A DNA stretch of 63,417 bases, filler included, from Lenisia limosa (GCA_001655205.1; 14 parts of 14 records of this genome joined end to end with filler, not necessarily neighbours in it); one strand, 5' to 3'. Positions 25,475 to 37,600 are shown, counted from the first letter of the whole stretch. Notes: generated from the sequence alone by a model not told the origin. Program-made: numbers and translations.

Positions 25475-27500
25475 GAAAACAGCCGGCGGCCATCAGGTGA
25501 GGCCGGGTCTTGTGTCGGCACAGCAGGGAGGCCATCAAGGGCGGCGGCAACGGCGAGGTCAGCAGCGGCGGCGGCAGGACTGGCATCGTTGGCAGGGGCA
25601 TCAGGGGCAGCGTCGACGGGGCTGTCAAGGTGGGCAGGTCGCCGGCGGACGGGAATAGGACTGTCTGCGGCGGTTCCGTCGGCCTCCACCCAGGTAACAC
25701 CGTAGTTGGGCCAGACGTTGAGGAAGTTGACAGGCTCGCTGAGGGGGGCGAAGACCTCTGGCTCGTCGCCGGGAAGGAAACGGTCAAGGGCAAGGCCGCG
25801 GTCGCCGGCGGGCAGGCCATTGTTGTCGCTCATAGCGTCAAGACGGGCGCGGAAGAGACTCAGGACGTTCGTGTCGGGGTTGTCACGGCGGAGCATCACC
25901 ACACCGCGATGGCCTCGTTGCCTGCGTTTTACGCGGCGGAAGCCGGCCTCGACAAAGACGTTGTCCGGCAGCTTAAGTCCGGCCATAAGGTCGTCCGTGT
26001 AGACGGCAGCGACGGCGTCGGCAAGGGGGTCTCCGGACTCGCGGGCGTGATGGACAGCGTTGTCGATGATCTCCTTGATTTCTTGGTTGGGCACAATCGG
26101 TACTTGCAAGGCGGATGGCTCGAAACAGGCGCGGACGAGGAGGGCCCTGTCCTGGACTGACAGGCTCTTAGTGCCGTCGGCCTTCTTCTCGTCGATAAGG
26201 ACGGCAATGCAGGTCGAGTTCCGAAGTTGGTAGTCGGCAGACAACTCCTTGAAGAGGTGCGACGACGTGACGTCCGCCGCCTCAAGACGACCAATAAGGC
26301 CGTGGTATGCACGAATGCAGTGAACGGCGGTGTCGCCAGCGCAGGTGGTCATGGCTTCTCCCACGCGGACGTCCATGTCCTCCGCTCGGAGCTTGACGCC
26401 AAAGGGCAGAGGCAGCGTTCGGCGCTCAAAGGGGGCCTTGTCGCAGGTCTGCGATATCGGCATGGGCATGTTTGCAGTGAGTAACACGGTGGCGGTGTCG
26501 TTCTCCCAGGATTTACTCTGGCGGTTCTTGGCGGTGACGGAGGTGGCCTCGCCAACGGAGATCTTCTTCAACACCTCCATGCAGCCGTGCATACTCGGGT
26601 CCGTGCTAAGGTCTGTGTTACTAATAGCAGCAACGTCGTCGGTTACGTGATAAACCTCGCTGGTAGGGTACGCGCGGTCGCCGGACGGGTAATTGGCGAT
26701 GAGGCTCGGGTCAAGGCCGCTGACAAGGGAGGTGTGCACCAGCGACTTGCCGGTGCCACCAAGGCCGAAGCCGTAGTACATCGTCCGGGTGGAGTACAGG
26801 CGGCTGCCAGTCTTCGCAAGGGCAAGCCGCGCCTCCAACGGGAGGTGAAAGAGGCCCAACACGCCGAAAGCGTCCTCCAGAGAGTCGCTCTCGTAGTTTT
26901 GTGCGCGGAGGACGTGCGTCAGGGCGTTGACATTAGGGGTGCGGACGCTGAGGGGGGCGTGGTCGGGAAAAGCTTCGCGGAAGGCTCTGTCGTCGGTGTC
27001 GGTCGCCGGAAATGTAGTCCGGAAGATGCGGACGGGGAGGCATGCAACGGCGTGTGGCTGAACCTGGCGTGACACAACGTTGTAGTCCACGTCGTGGAAG
27101 CGGAATAGGTCCGAAGAAATGCTGAGAGTCAGGTCGGTGCTCATGCGTAAGACCGCAGTGAGGTCACGGTCAAGGCTTGTTTGATTCTAGAAAAACGTCA
27201 GGAGGGGGGGGATAAATAATCGGCGAAAAAGCTACAACTACACAAAACAAACCCGCTTACACGCTTAAGGATGGCATGGACTTCGGGGTCTAACCCGGGG
27301 AGGCAGCGCCAGTGCTGATGCAAATTCTCGGAGGTGACCGCGGTGTTACGGCCGGAAATGACCTTGACTGGCGGCATGCCAGGCGGGCAGTGATAGATTA
27401 CGTTCGCAGGCCCGACTTTGAATCCGTGTCCGCGAAAGACGTCGCGTACAAACTCATACGGCTGAAGAGCGTCACCGACGCCGGCTACCACCTTAAACAT
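25475..27500 (-). CDS. D5-like superfamily-3 helicase (D5_N-like + SF3 ATPase + winged-helix-like region), viral/Polinton-like-virus type; spliced join(27500..27261,27186..25475), 3' partial
   Basis: Walker A GLGGTGKS, Walker B YHVTDD, LKKISVGE, motif C TVLLTAN, arginine finger FERR, and C-terminal GFRRVKRRQRGHRGV. The intron GTAAGC...CTGAC...TTTTCTAG (27260-27187) joins the 100-aa and 573-aa ORFs in frame via NQTSLDRDLTAVLR. Markedly GC-rich by eye. Confidence 0.8.
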
Positions 27501-27546
27501 CGTCTACAACAGTGAGGACCTTCCCACCAAAAACAGAAAGAAACAC

Positions 27547-27574
27547 TTTAGGAATCCTCCGGAGGATTCCTAAA
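27547..27574. other. Perfect 28-bp palindrome TTTAGGAATCCTCC|GGAGGATTCCTAAA
   Basis: Arms are exact reverse complements with no spacer; about 50 bp upstream of the helicase ATG. Confidence 0.92.
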
Positions 27575-27800
27575 ACTCCCCCGTCGCCAACCTGATCGTA
27601 GCAGCAATGGGCAGAAAATAGTTGACGGGCAGCAAGGCAAACTACCTCGGGAAGAGTCTTAATAAGTAAAATGCAACCCAAAAGCAAAGCAGAACTTTGA
27701 ACAACCAACAAAATTGTGCAGCTCACCTTTTCAAGGCACAGGAGTCGAAAAGAGGCCTATTTTTGGAATTTTCGTCTATATAAATGAAATAGGGTGACCA

Positions 27801-27830
27801 GTTCAGTTCAGTTCAGTTCAGTTCAGTTCA
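27801..27830. repeat. (GTTCA)6 microsatellite
   Basis: Directly visible. Confidence 0.92.
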
Positions 27831-27896
27831 TTGCGGCCGGAATTTTGTTTTTTAGATGCGTCCCCGAAGATTTCAGGATCCTCCACGATACCTTCA

Positions 27897-27980
27897 GGAA
27901 GCTTCCTAAAATCTTTGGGAAGCTTCCGGAAATCTTTGGGGAGCTTCCGGAAATCTTTGGGGAGCTTCCGGAAATCTTTG
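27897..27980. repeat. 21-bp tandem repeat x4 (GGRAGCTTCCGGAAATCTTTG) running to the scaffold end
   Basis: Units start at 27897, 27918, 27939 and 27960. The array is cut by the linker. Confidence 0.9.
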
Positions 27981-28170
27981 NNNNNNNNNNNNNNNNNNNN
28001 NNNNNNNNNNNNNNNNNNNNNNNNTTAATTAATTAANNNNNNNNNNNNNNNNNNNNNNNNNNNNNNNNNNNNNNNNNNNNTATATAATATGTATATATCG
28101 ATATATGTATGACAAGGAAATAAAACACCCATTTTATGAAAACAAAAACAATAGTTGTAAATAATAATAC

Positions 28171-28428
28171 TCAGCCATTGGGTAAGAACACCCTCTTCAA
28201 ACCTGTAACATCGTCTATGTGACCATCTACAGTCTGAGCGGCAGTAACCATTCTGAAATTGTCAGCCCAAGAAGGAAAAAAATAAAAAAATAATAATAAT
28301 AATGGACAAGCAGTAAACGTCACCAAGGGGAACATAATAGCAAATAATATTGAAAACAACCCAAGTACAAGAAATAAATAACCAAGCTTACTAAGACAAA
28401 CGAACCCAACGGTCGTAAGCCGTGACAC
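28171..28428 (-). CDS. Possible terminal exon(s) of a membrane protein
   Basis: Hydrophobic ORF (LGYLFLVLGLFSILFAIMFPLV...). No family recognised. Confidence 0.25.
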   Translation of the reverse strand: MSRLTTVGFVCLSKLGYLFLVLGLFSILFAIMFPLVTFTACPLLLLFFYFFPSWADNFRMVTAAQTVDGHIDDVTGLKRVFLPNG

Positions 28429-29610
28429 TAAAATAGTAAAAACAATATTATGGACAGATGCTGCAGATAACGATTCTGTAAATAAAGATCAACATAAATA
28501 GGTGAAGATAAGACGCCAAAAAGAGGGCTAACATCCAGGGTATTCAGCTTAAGTAAGTACATATTCGGGGAACTCTATATTTCTGCAATGAAATATTTCT
28601 TTCCGAACACACCAGTAAAGCATGGTTAGAAAATATTATAATCTCAAACAAGTATTGTTGCAGTGAACATACCAAATACTTCAAGAAGAGGAAGTCCTCA
28701 GAGCCAAGTTAAAGCCAACCAGAGGAACCTAATTTGGGATTAGCTTCACAGAATAAGGTCACAATATTAAAGTTGATCATTTGCTGACGGATAGCAACGC
28801 AACAGCATGTTGGGGTGCCCAAAGGGAAAGATATTTCAACCCACAAAGAAGGATTACCGCTACTGTCCTTCCTTATGAATACAAAATATTAAATAACCTC
28901 TAAAGAGCAAAAAAATTTCGCCTGTGGCGCTTTCTTTTCTTTTAAAACGCAAACAACGATTTCGACGATTTCGACGATTTAAATCGTTGCCAGCTTTTTG
29001 GTCGATAGCCTCCCCTCATAATATTTCTTCAAATGCAGTCTCTCCTGGTTTTATTTAAGGTCTCGCTCAGTTTGATTATCATTAACAATAGTATATCAGT
29101 AGTCTCGAGATCTTTCGCCTCTGACTTCTACAAATTTGTAGAACTATCTCTTTATGGTTGTCTTGAAAACCGCCCCAAATCCTTATATTTTATAAAAATA
29201 CATCAAAACAGACATAATATTACTTGACTTGAACGGCCGTTGTCACGAGTTGAATAGGGAACCGGTCTTCCCGTGGCCCGAGCTACCAAACCTGGCTTTG
29301 GTGAATCCCTTTTCTGAGGGATGCAAGTCTAGAAACTTAAAAATTAGAGGATACAAGACATTATCCAGGACAGCGAAATCCATTTTTCCGTTCTGGTATT
29401 ACCATGCCATTCCCAAATTTCGAGGATGTTCCCTCAGTCCTTCTCGTTGCTGTTATAATATTATTATTAGTAATTGTTGTGAATGTGTCTGCCACTTCAG
29501 CCGCTGTCGCCCTAGGTTCGACTTTCTCTTTGTCTTGTTGCTCCCTGTTTGTTTTTTCCTTGCTGAACCAACTTCCACCACACAGTTAATAAACTGTTTT
29601 AATCAATAGA

Positions 29611-32600
29611 TGAGAAGAATACTGCTGCCGCCAACACTGTCCCTGTTTTTGAGGGTGAGAAGTTCGAGATCTCTAATCGATTCTTCGAAATGACGATCGG
29701 ATTTTACGACTCTTTCAAGGTTGTAAAGCAGCATCGGTATGAGTAATTAGAACTCATGTTTAACAAATTTTCACCATTTCTACTTAGCGCTAAACTTTAA
29801 TTTATATGATATCTGTGTATATTGGATATTGATTATACATTTTCATTGGGCCTTTGTGTTTTGGCACATCTCATAATCTGAAGATACTCCTACAACACTG
29901 GCTTTCACTTCACTGCTACGCCCAAGACTTCTGAGATCAAGAATGGCAAGCACCATTGCAGGTATTTTTCAAGATGTTTAATGAAAATCCTTTTATGTGT
30001 AGCTTCTCCGGTATTGTGTTATACCGTAACAACGAGGTCCAGACTCTCCTCGAGGTTCACGGTGAGGAGAAGGTCAAGAAGTTCACCACCCCTGGTGAGT
30101 TCATCACTGAGGTCAACTCTGTCTGCATTGACGGTAGTCATCATATGGCTTTCTCATCTTTATTCAACTCGGAGCAACTATTCAAAGAATATGTATTGTT
30201 CAATTCCACACAGAAGATACCGGTTAGTTTGGAATATTACTTTTTATTTTATTTTTATTTTTATTTTTTGTTGTCATTTTATTGGTTAATTCTTTTGGTG
30301 ATGAGTATGTTCTTAACCGGACAAGAAGAAGAGAAACATCTTCGTATGTCTTGTTTTTTTTTATCTTTCACACCGGCATATGTTTGTATTATGTGTACCA
30401 GGAATATATCATATATATTATGTATAGATACTGTATATAGATTTTCAAAATCTTGAATATTGCATTAGTATTACTAATATTATTGTAACACAGTTAAACA
30501 TGGCTATTTCTAAAGTGATGACTTTTGATTCCATTAGAACAAGAGTATTCCAAGTTCCAAAAAGCTGTTGGCCTCAAGCTTTCCACCTCTGATGAGCTCA
30601 AGACCAAGCCAGGCATCGTCTACCAGAAGGTTGCTGCCTTCAACATTGACGGTATGATTGTTTCTTGATCTAGACCTCATCACCACCTCTATGAAATTCA
30701 TGCCTTGTCGTGTTGCGCTTTTCTTTTTGGCACACAATGTGACAGTAATGGACACTNNNNNNNNNNAAGAAATGGCTACTTTTCTTCTGTAGTCTGAAGA
30801 GCGGTGCGAAGACCTCTTCAAGAGGCAAACATGCACACCCGGAGGATAATTTGTTGCCCTTCATCAACACGATCACCATGCTCTCCAAGAAAGCCCCAAT
30901 GTCTGTTCAGCTTGTTGAATAACCAGATTATTGAAATATTTGTCCATCTTGGAATTTGTGTCCATCCGAACACCCTGAGACACTATGTCAAAGAGCGCTT
31001 CCTCAATATAGTCGGTGAAATTGAAGCTATTTTCAAGGACAGGCTCCACCTTGCGGTCGAATATGACAACCTTCAGATCTCCTCGGTTTTTTTTGACTTA
31101 TTCAGTACGACATTACTCTCCTGGTAATATACGAAATTACAGGCGTGGATCTAACTCTATCCATTGAACGGCCTATGTTTTACACTAACTCCGGTGTTAA
31201 AGAGGTTTGTCTGATTTTTCATATTTCTTAGATTGATTATTTGGGCGTTACGTTATCAAGCTCACTGTCCAGTCACTCATATCGTCCGCTATCAGACATT
31301 CAATGTCTAAGCTGAACCTTCCAGGGGCTGAAGACACTATCAGTGAGTTGGGAGGAATATTCTGACTTTGTCATCCCTGCGCTTGAGTATTATTTTTTAA
31401 ATAATCGCTGATATTCTAGAATCTGCATACCAACCAATTCCCGACTTATCCAAGTCCGCCACTGTCACTAGAGTGATGCCTCTCATCATGGAGAATGAAG
31501 GAACTTTATCTGGTAAGATACCGAACAACATATCATATCGTATATTATATTATATCGATATTAGTAATAAAATGGAACAAATGACGAAGGAAATAAAATA
31601 TGATATCGATATAGGATACTACAATAAAATACAACTTTTAAAATAGGAGGCAAAATACTACTTTGGGGTAGATTTTGGCATGTACATATTATATGATACT
31701 AATAATAGCATTTCATATATGTGGGTCCTCAAAGCTCCGGACAGCATTCAAAATTTACCGGACACATCAAAACTCCCGAACAGCTTGAAGTTGAACCCTT
31801 GTATGGGTTAACGGTAGTGTTTAATACAAAACTGGTTCGACAGATATAAAGAAAAAATGACCTCTTAATGTTCCCCAACTTGTTTTTTTCAATTGTGAGC
31901 AAGTGTCAAAAATCCGAGAATTTGGTCTCCCGGGGGTGGCCCCTTTTGCCTTTTCACGGGATTATTTTCTAAATCTATCCCTCTTTTAGTGTTAAGAAAC
32001 AAAAATTTGTACCCCTCGGAGTAATTGGTTATGGATTCCCCCTTGCTTGGCTATGTAATGGTGAATTTTGAGAGAAAAATATTCAAAATAGTGCTTTCTA
32101 CAAGTCATATTTATAAGGTTCTGGCAAATTCTGGTCTTTTCGACTTTAGATAGCCTTAATATTCTTCCCAATTAACGTGAGCTCATCCACCCTTTTGCTT
32201 ACCTGTTGCATTCTTTTCTATTTCCTGTTTACTATTTAGGATTTTCAAAATGGTTGCGGGTGGAGATCGGGAAAAGTGGGTATCAAACTCGGAGGAAAAG
32301 GGAAAAGTGAAGTTGACAACTTTCAAGACACGATTCAATGTCCGCTTTCATATACATATATGTATGGTTGGGATGGTTATAACATTTGCTTATAAAGGTT
32401 CTTCTTATTATATTTTCACTGTTAGTATGTATTATTTGTAGTTCTTTTAACGTCGTCAAGATTCAAGTAAGTCAGAACCGGGTNNNNNNNNNNAGTGAGT
32501 GATGCGTCAGTCCCTCACTGTCTCAATCGCTATGAATGGTAGGTAAAATAAGCGAGATGGTTCATCATATATTTTCAAGTATTCATAGGGTACTATAATA

Positions 32601-32770
32601 ATATTTCATGATTATTTTTGGGGTTTACGCATTAGTATAGATAATATCTCAATAAAATGCAATTGCTTTCAGATTACCTTACTCTCAAGGCACAACGAAT
32701 AAACGGGACTCCATCCGCCTTCCAACTTCAATGCTCACCTAAAGGCCGCGCGTGACGCAATGACAGAGTT
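29611..32770 (+). pseudogene. Degenerate intron-containing transposase-like gene (DUF6589-like)
   Basis: IIEIFVHLGICVHPNTLRHYVK...LAVEYDNLQ, RGSNSIH*TAY and VTRVMPLIMENEGTLSG recall the LG+S+S..T...YDN..H.T and PL..+.E.+..G pattern of this family. It has frameshifts and stops. Assignment is from recalled motifs. Confidence 0.4.
31870..32130. repeat. Dispersed repeat, inverted copy at ~40560-40810
   Basis: The segment GGTCTCCCGGGGGTGG...GTGTTAAGAAACAAAAATTT...CCTCGGAGTAATTGGTTA...TAGTGCTTTCTACAAG matches the reverse complement on another scaffold. The adjacent 31716-31850 matches 2325-2439. Confidence 0.8.
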
Positions 32771-33869
32771 GCCTTAATTAATGGTATGTTGGGGTTTGGG
32801 GATAGGAAAGTAGAAAGAAGATCAGGGGGTAAATCCCCATCCCCCTTTTTTGTGGTTATTTCTGTGGTCTCGTTTTTGATGCCACAGGACAGTTTTTTTT
32901 GTCCTAATAATACAACATCATATTTTTATGAGATATCCAGAGATTTCACTCTCAATCAGACATTTTGCCCCCTCTTCTTACATCGTGCTAGATGATACTC
33001 ATGACAACCGAGGCCGTGTTGGCAAACTCGTCCCCTTTCACCGTTCTAGTCTAATATTCAATTACATTGCTGTCAATAAAATTTGGCTTAGGCTGGCATT
33101 TTCTTCAAGTATATTTGACATCATAAGTCGTGATGTAGCGTGTACCGGATAATAGATAATGAGTATATTCTTGATATTATATCTCAGGTAAATGCGCTGG
33201 TAACTCCTCCTTGGCTTGGGAAGTGCGTGGGACTCAGTCAATAGTGGAACTATTAGCAATTTTCTGGAGAAATTATTATAAAAAGGGTAATAATAACATA
33301 TATTAGGTGAAGGTACATAATTGTGTCCAGTCACATTATTGTGTCCACTTTTAAAATGTTATGTATTTTTGACTGGGCGCAAGTATTTAGTTTCTTTTTG
33401 ATCAAAATCTACCCCTTAACACACCCTTTTTAAAAAAGATTTCGAGTATTTTAACTGTAAACTGTCCTTTTCAAAATTAGTTTATTTATGTGCAAGTTTG
33501 ACGACTGCTTTCACAAGCTTCCTGAAAAAGTATGCTGGTTAAATTAAAAAATTAATATCTTTATTCCTTGAATGATATAACATTTACGCTGTATCACGGT
33601 ATGGAGCGAAATCATGATCTACTCTTCAGTTCTTTTCACAATTGAACCAGTATTCAAAATAATCACTTTTTTAGAAGCAACACAAGTATGAGTGGCTTCG
33701 CATTGAGGTCAGAAAACAGAGGACAAGGTTTGATAACCTTGCAAATCATGAAAAAATTGCATTTTGAAGATTATTTGTGATGACGTGGGAAGAGAAGTAC
33801 CTTCATTTAGAGACATTCAGACAATGTTGAATGTTGGAGNNNNNNNNNNGGTTTACCCCATTAGCTTCA

Positions 33870-34860
33870 CACCGAACTTAAACCTGCATTTGTGTCTTCA
33901 CTTTTTGAGTTGATTTTGACAGGCAACCCACCTTCAACTGCTGAATCTTTGGAAATTGTTGGTGGGGTTGGGGGTGAAGGGGTGCACTAAATTGCATATT
34001 CTTTTCACTTATTCAGGCGTCAGACAACATCACAAAACACACTGGGGAAAAGCCAACTTTCAGTAAAAACTGGTTTCCAAGATTTCTGAAACAGTTTCCA
34101 CTTTTAAAATTGATTGTAGGAGGGCTGGATTGGTAAAAAGAACGGTACGTACCGCCCTCCCCATTAATTAATTTAGAGAGCCAATTCCCTTGATAAGACC
34201 AGGTCAACTGCTGGATGCTGCAAGGTATATGCAGCATATCGCTGCTCTCTCCAAGGTCCTTGTCGATCATGAAGTGCATCCAAAATTGATTTACAATTGT
34301 GACGAGACAATGATTGACATATCAGAGNNNNNNNNNNAATCAGGTGAAAGGTTTTGTTACTCTTTCACAGGACTACCTTTGAGAAACATGAATAACATTT
34401 TTAGCACCAACCTCAGCTGTGTCCCTCCTGTTTCACCAACCTCAGGTCTGCTAAAGACGAATTGTCGACTGCCGAGGAAGCAAAGAAAGCGTGGGAAGGT
34501 GTTGCTCATGAGAGAGATGCTCTCACTGAAGATGAGGTCAAGTTCTACCAGCAAATTTCTGGGCGTCTCCCTTGGGAAGGAAATCCTTTAATTGGCACTG
34601 ACCCAAACTTCACTTTTGAGCCATCTCCCAAAGCTCGCAAATCAATCACTCCGAAGACCGAAAAACACTGGGCTGACGTCTTGTTGCAAGAGAAAAAGAA
34701 GGAAATTGCAGATCGAAAAAGTGGGGAGAACTGTTCCTTAGAATCACTATTCTTTCTTCTTCTCTAGCAATATTTAGAAGCCCAAAAGCTCACAATGTTA
34801 GGAGTCAAGAAAAAGAGTGTGTTGAGGCTTAATTACTTTCCTTTATATCACAATTTAGGA
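33870..34860 (+). pseudogene. Pogo/Fot1-like (DDE_1) transposase relic
   Basis: CENP-B-type helix end FSKNWFPRFLKQFPLLK with a downstream stop, and HPKLIYNCDETMID (first catalytic D). The central domain is missing or lies in the N gap at 34328-34337. Confidence 0.65.
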
Positions 34861-35074
34861 GTCAAAAAATGACATCGTGGAAGCAGGCCTCAGCCCAAAA
34901 TAATTTATTATATCAATACATGAATATTTATCTACAATTATCCATACGAATGGTTTTTAAAGCAAAAAATTCAANNNNNNNNNNNNNNNNNNNNNNNNNN
35001 NNNNNNNNNNNNNNNNNNTTAATTAATTAANNNNNNNNNNNNNNNNNNNNNNNNNNNNNNNNNNNNNNNNNNNN

Positions 35075-35877
35075 GTGGACTGATGAATCAAAGTTCCAAT
35101 TGTTCAAGCCTGATGGCAATGCTCGTGTTTGGAGAAAGGTACTGCATGGGATGTTGAGCATATTGTACCAACTGTGAAGCATGGGGGTGGGCGAGTTCTT
35201 GTCTGGGGTGCCATTGGCAAAGGTGGAGTTGGGAAGCTCTACCAAATCAATGGCATTATGAACAAAGAGCACTACCTCCACAAGATCCTTCATCGACAGG
35301 TCAAGCCTTCTTTCGAGGTAAGGTGTTTTAGGTGATGACTGCTGATGGTGACCTTCCTGAAGTACTTTATTTTATCTTTTGTGCAGTTCTATTGAATTAG
35401 CGATTGGAATTAGCTATGATGTTAACTGCCTTGTATGAAATTGAACTTTCAATATTTTGACCATTTCTTTCAGATGTGCTGCAGCCATGTGACCCTCAGG
35501 AATCCGTTTTTCAACAGGACAATGATCCTAAGCAGACTGCTAAGGTCAGTTTGTGTTGAAAAAGATGATCCTACACAGTTTTCAAATGATTTTAATTTTT
35601 TTAGATCTGTTTGAAATACTTCAATGATTCTCCGTATACTCTATTTGAATGGCCGGCTCAAAGTCCCGACCTCAACCCCATTGAGCATGCATGGCAACTG
35701 CTTGATAACAAACTTCGTGCCTCGAATGTTAAACCGAGCTCTGAATCCGATATGATGGAAAAATTGCAAACTGCTTGGTCTCAAATTACCTCAGATGAGA
35801 TAAGAAACCTCATTGATTCATTGCCAAGACGCTGCCAGGCTGTGATCAACGCCAAGGGCGGGCCAACGAAATATTAG
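35075..35877 (+). pseudogene. Tc1 (DD34E) transposase with two introns and a frameshift
   Basis: WTDESKF, TVKHGGG.V.VWGAI, FQQDNDPKQTAK, WPAQSPDLNPIE with a D-34-E spacing, and RRCQAVINAKGGPTKY*. Introns are 35318-35484 and 35545-35604. There is a 1-nt frameshift near 35135. Confidence 0.9.
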
Positions 35878-35998
35878 ACTTGAAACTGGACGTGGAAGTA
35901 TCACAATGGTTCGGAGACAGTTAAAACAGCTTGCAGAACCTTTTAATATAGACAGAAACCGTCAAATGGATACACAGGTATGTTGAAATAGAATCAAA

Positions 35999-36092
35999 AT
36001 TGCAAACTGCTTGGTCTCAAATTACCTCAGATGAGATAAGACGCTGCCAGGCTGTGATCAACGCCAAAGGCGGGCCAACAAAATATTAGACT
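35999..36092 (+). repeat. Duplicate of the Tc1 3' end with a 24-bp internal deletion
   Basis: Copy of ~35762-35880; the deletion lies between two AAGA microhomologies. Confidence 0.85.
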
Positions 36093-36559
36093 TTTCGTCG
36101 TTTTGATGCATTGATTTTTCATGTTTTTCAAAATGGTGTTTTTTATTTCGCTTTAAATGAGTTAAAAATTAATAAATAGTAATAAAGTTTTATAATAGAA
36201 TGAAATATAATTCAAATCCCTACAAAATGACATATTTTTGAGACAAAATGACCNNNNNNNNNNNNNNNNNNNNNNNNNNNNNNNNNNNNNNNNNNNNNNN
36301 NNNNNNNNNNNNNNNNNNNNNNNNNNNNNNNNNNNNNNNNNNNNNNNNNNNNNNNNNCGAATCACTTTTTTTAGGATTGTTTTTAAAAGTTGACACATCT
36401 CTTCAATTGAAACCCCCATTTGTTCTATACAATAACAGAAATCACATACTTTTTCACATTTTCAATGACAATATATGCTATAATAAATAGATACCTGGAT
36501 AATATTAACCATAAAACATATCATATCAACGCTTTGTTGCACAGGTTCCGATGCGGGCT

Positions 36560-37600
36560 TTTTGACGAGGTGCTTTCGCACGTTGAGTCTAAGCCAGTCA
36601 GGTTTTGATAACAAAACAAAATAGTTTCAGAATTGTTCTAACACGCTTCTCATGATTGGAGCCTAACACCTTGGTAGCCTGTCCGCGATGGTTATAGGCG
36701 TTGCTAAGGGCCGCCATTGGGTCAAAGCCAGGGTAAACTGTCTCGGGAGGCAGCACAGCATCCGGCCCGAAAGTGTAAACACGACCTGAATGGTTGCTGT
36801 GAGAATCAAAAGACGGTTGAACATATTGGAGAAAAGTTAACACCTCAGAGCAAAGTGAAGCATACCATCACAAACGTCATTCTTGAAGCGCCCCATTCTA
36901 AAATAAAATTGGCAATGTTTCAGCCTAACATTTTATGGCCAATATTGACATTATAGACTCAACGCAAGACTCGTAAAAAGGCTTTTGTCGAAAAGCCAAA
37001 AACGTTACTTTAAGACATTTTTGAAGGGGTCCCGGAGGATGGGCGGAGGCCATCACCAAAATTACCAAGTACTTCAAGGACATTATAATTTGGCGCCAAA
37101 TTATAATGCACTTAAGTCGGTCTTTTGCTTTTCCTGAGGTCATTTTCGGTGCAGAACTAGGCAAAGGTTCAGGGGGGAGAATTTCGAAAACCTCACCAGT
37201 GGCCCGAAAGTAGACGATGTGCTTCCGCACTGACATCTCATCCACTCTTAATGCTACCACTCTGTCAGCAGCATCCCTACCAATTCACTCAACTGTGTTG
37301 ACAAGGTTTGCCGCAAGGATGCCTTGGTCTCTTATTGGTCGTGTTTTTCTTAAAATTGCTCTTAGAGAAGGCTGATAGGTAGAAGAGATCATTTTTGTGC
37401 CTAAGTTTGTTAAATTGTCTTTTGAGTATGAGGCCAATTGCCTAGTTGCTACTGTGATAGGGAGAATTGCCATAATATTTGAGTTTTTAGTATCGTTAAA
37501 CTGGGTTCCGACTTTGTCACACTTCACGTAAACGTTTTTTGTCAAGTCCATTACTTAAGTCAGGAAAGTTTTCCGCTTCATGAATAACATTTACTGTTTT
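36560..37600 (-). pseudogene. P-element/THAP9-like transposase relic
   Basis: PSLRAILRK...G...VE*IGRDAADRVVALRVDEMSVRKHIVY...IWRQII resembles the P-transposase LPS..TL...C.L..DEM.+K..+.Y...WKQ pattern. In-frame stop present. Confidence 0.55.

Noticed and set aside
25510-27072. Plus-strand ORFs (216, 161, 106 aa etc.) overlapping the helicase
   Set aside because: These are antisense shadows expected from a GC-rich coding strand; no motifs.
33300-33350. Possible left TIR of the pogo relic (GGTACATAATTGTGTCC, with TTGTGTCCA repeated)
   Set aside because: No matching inverted copy was found before the scaffold ends at 34974.
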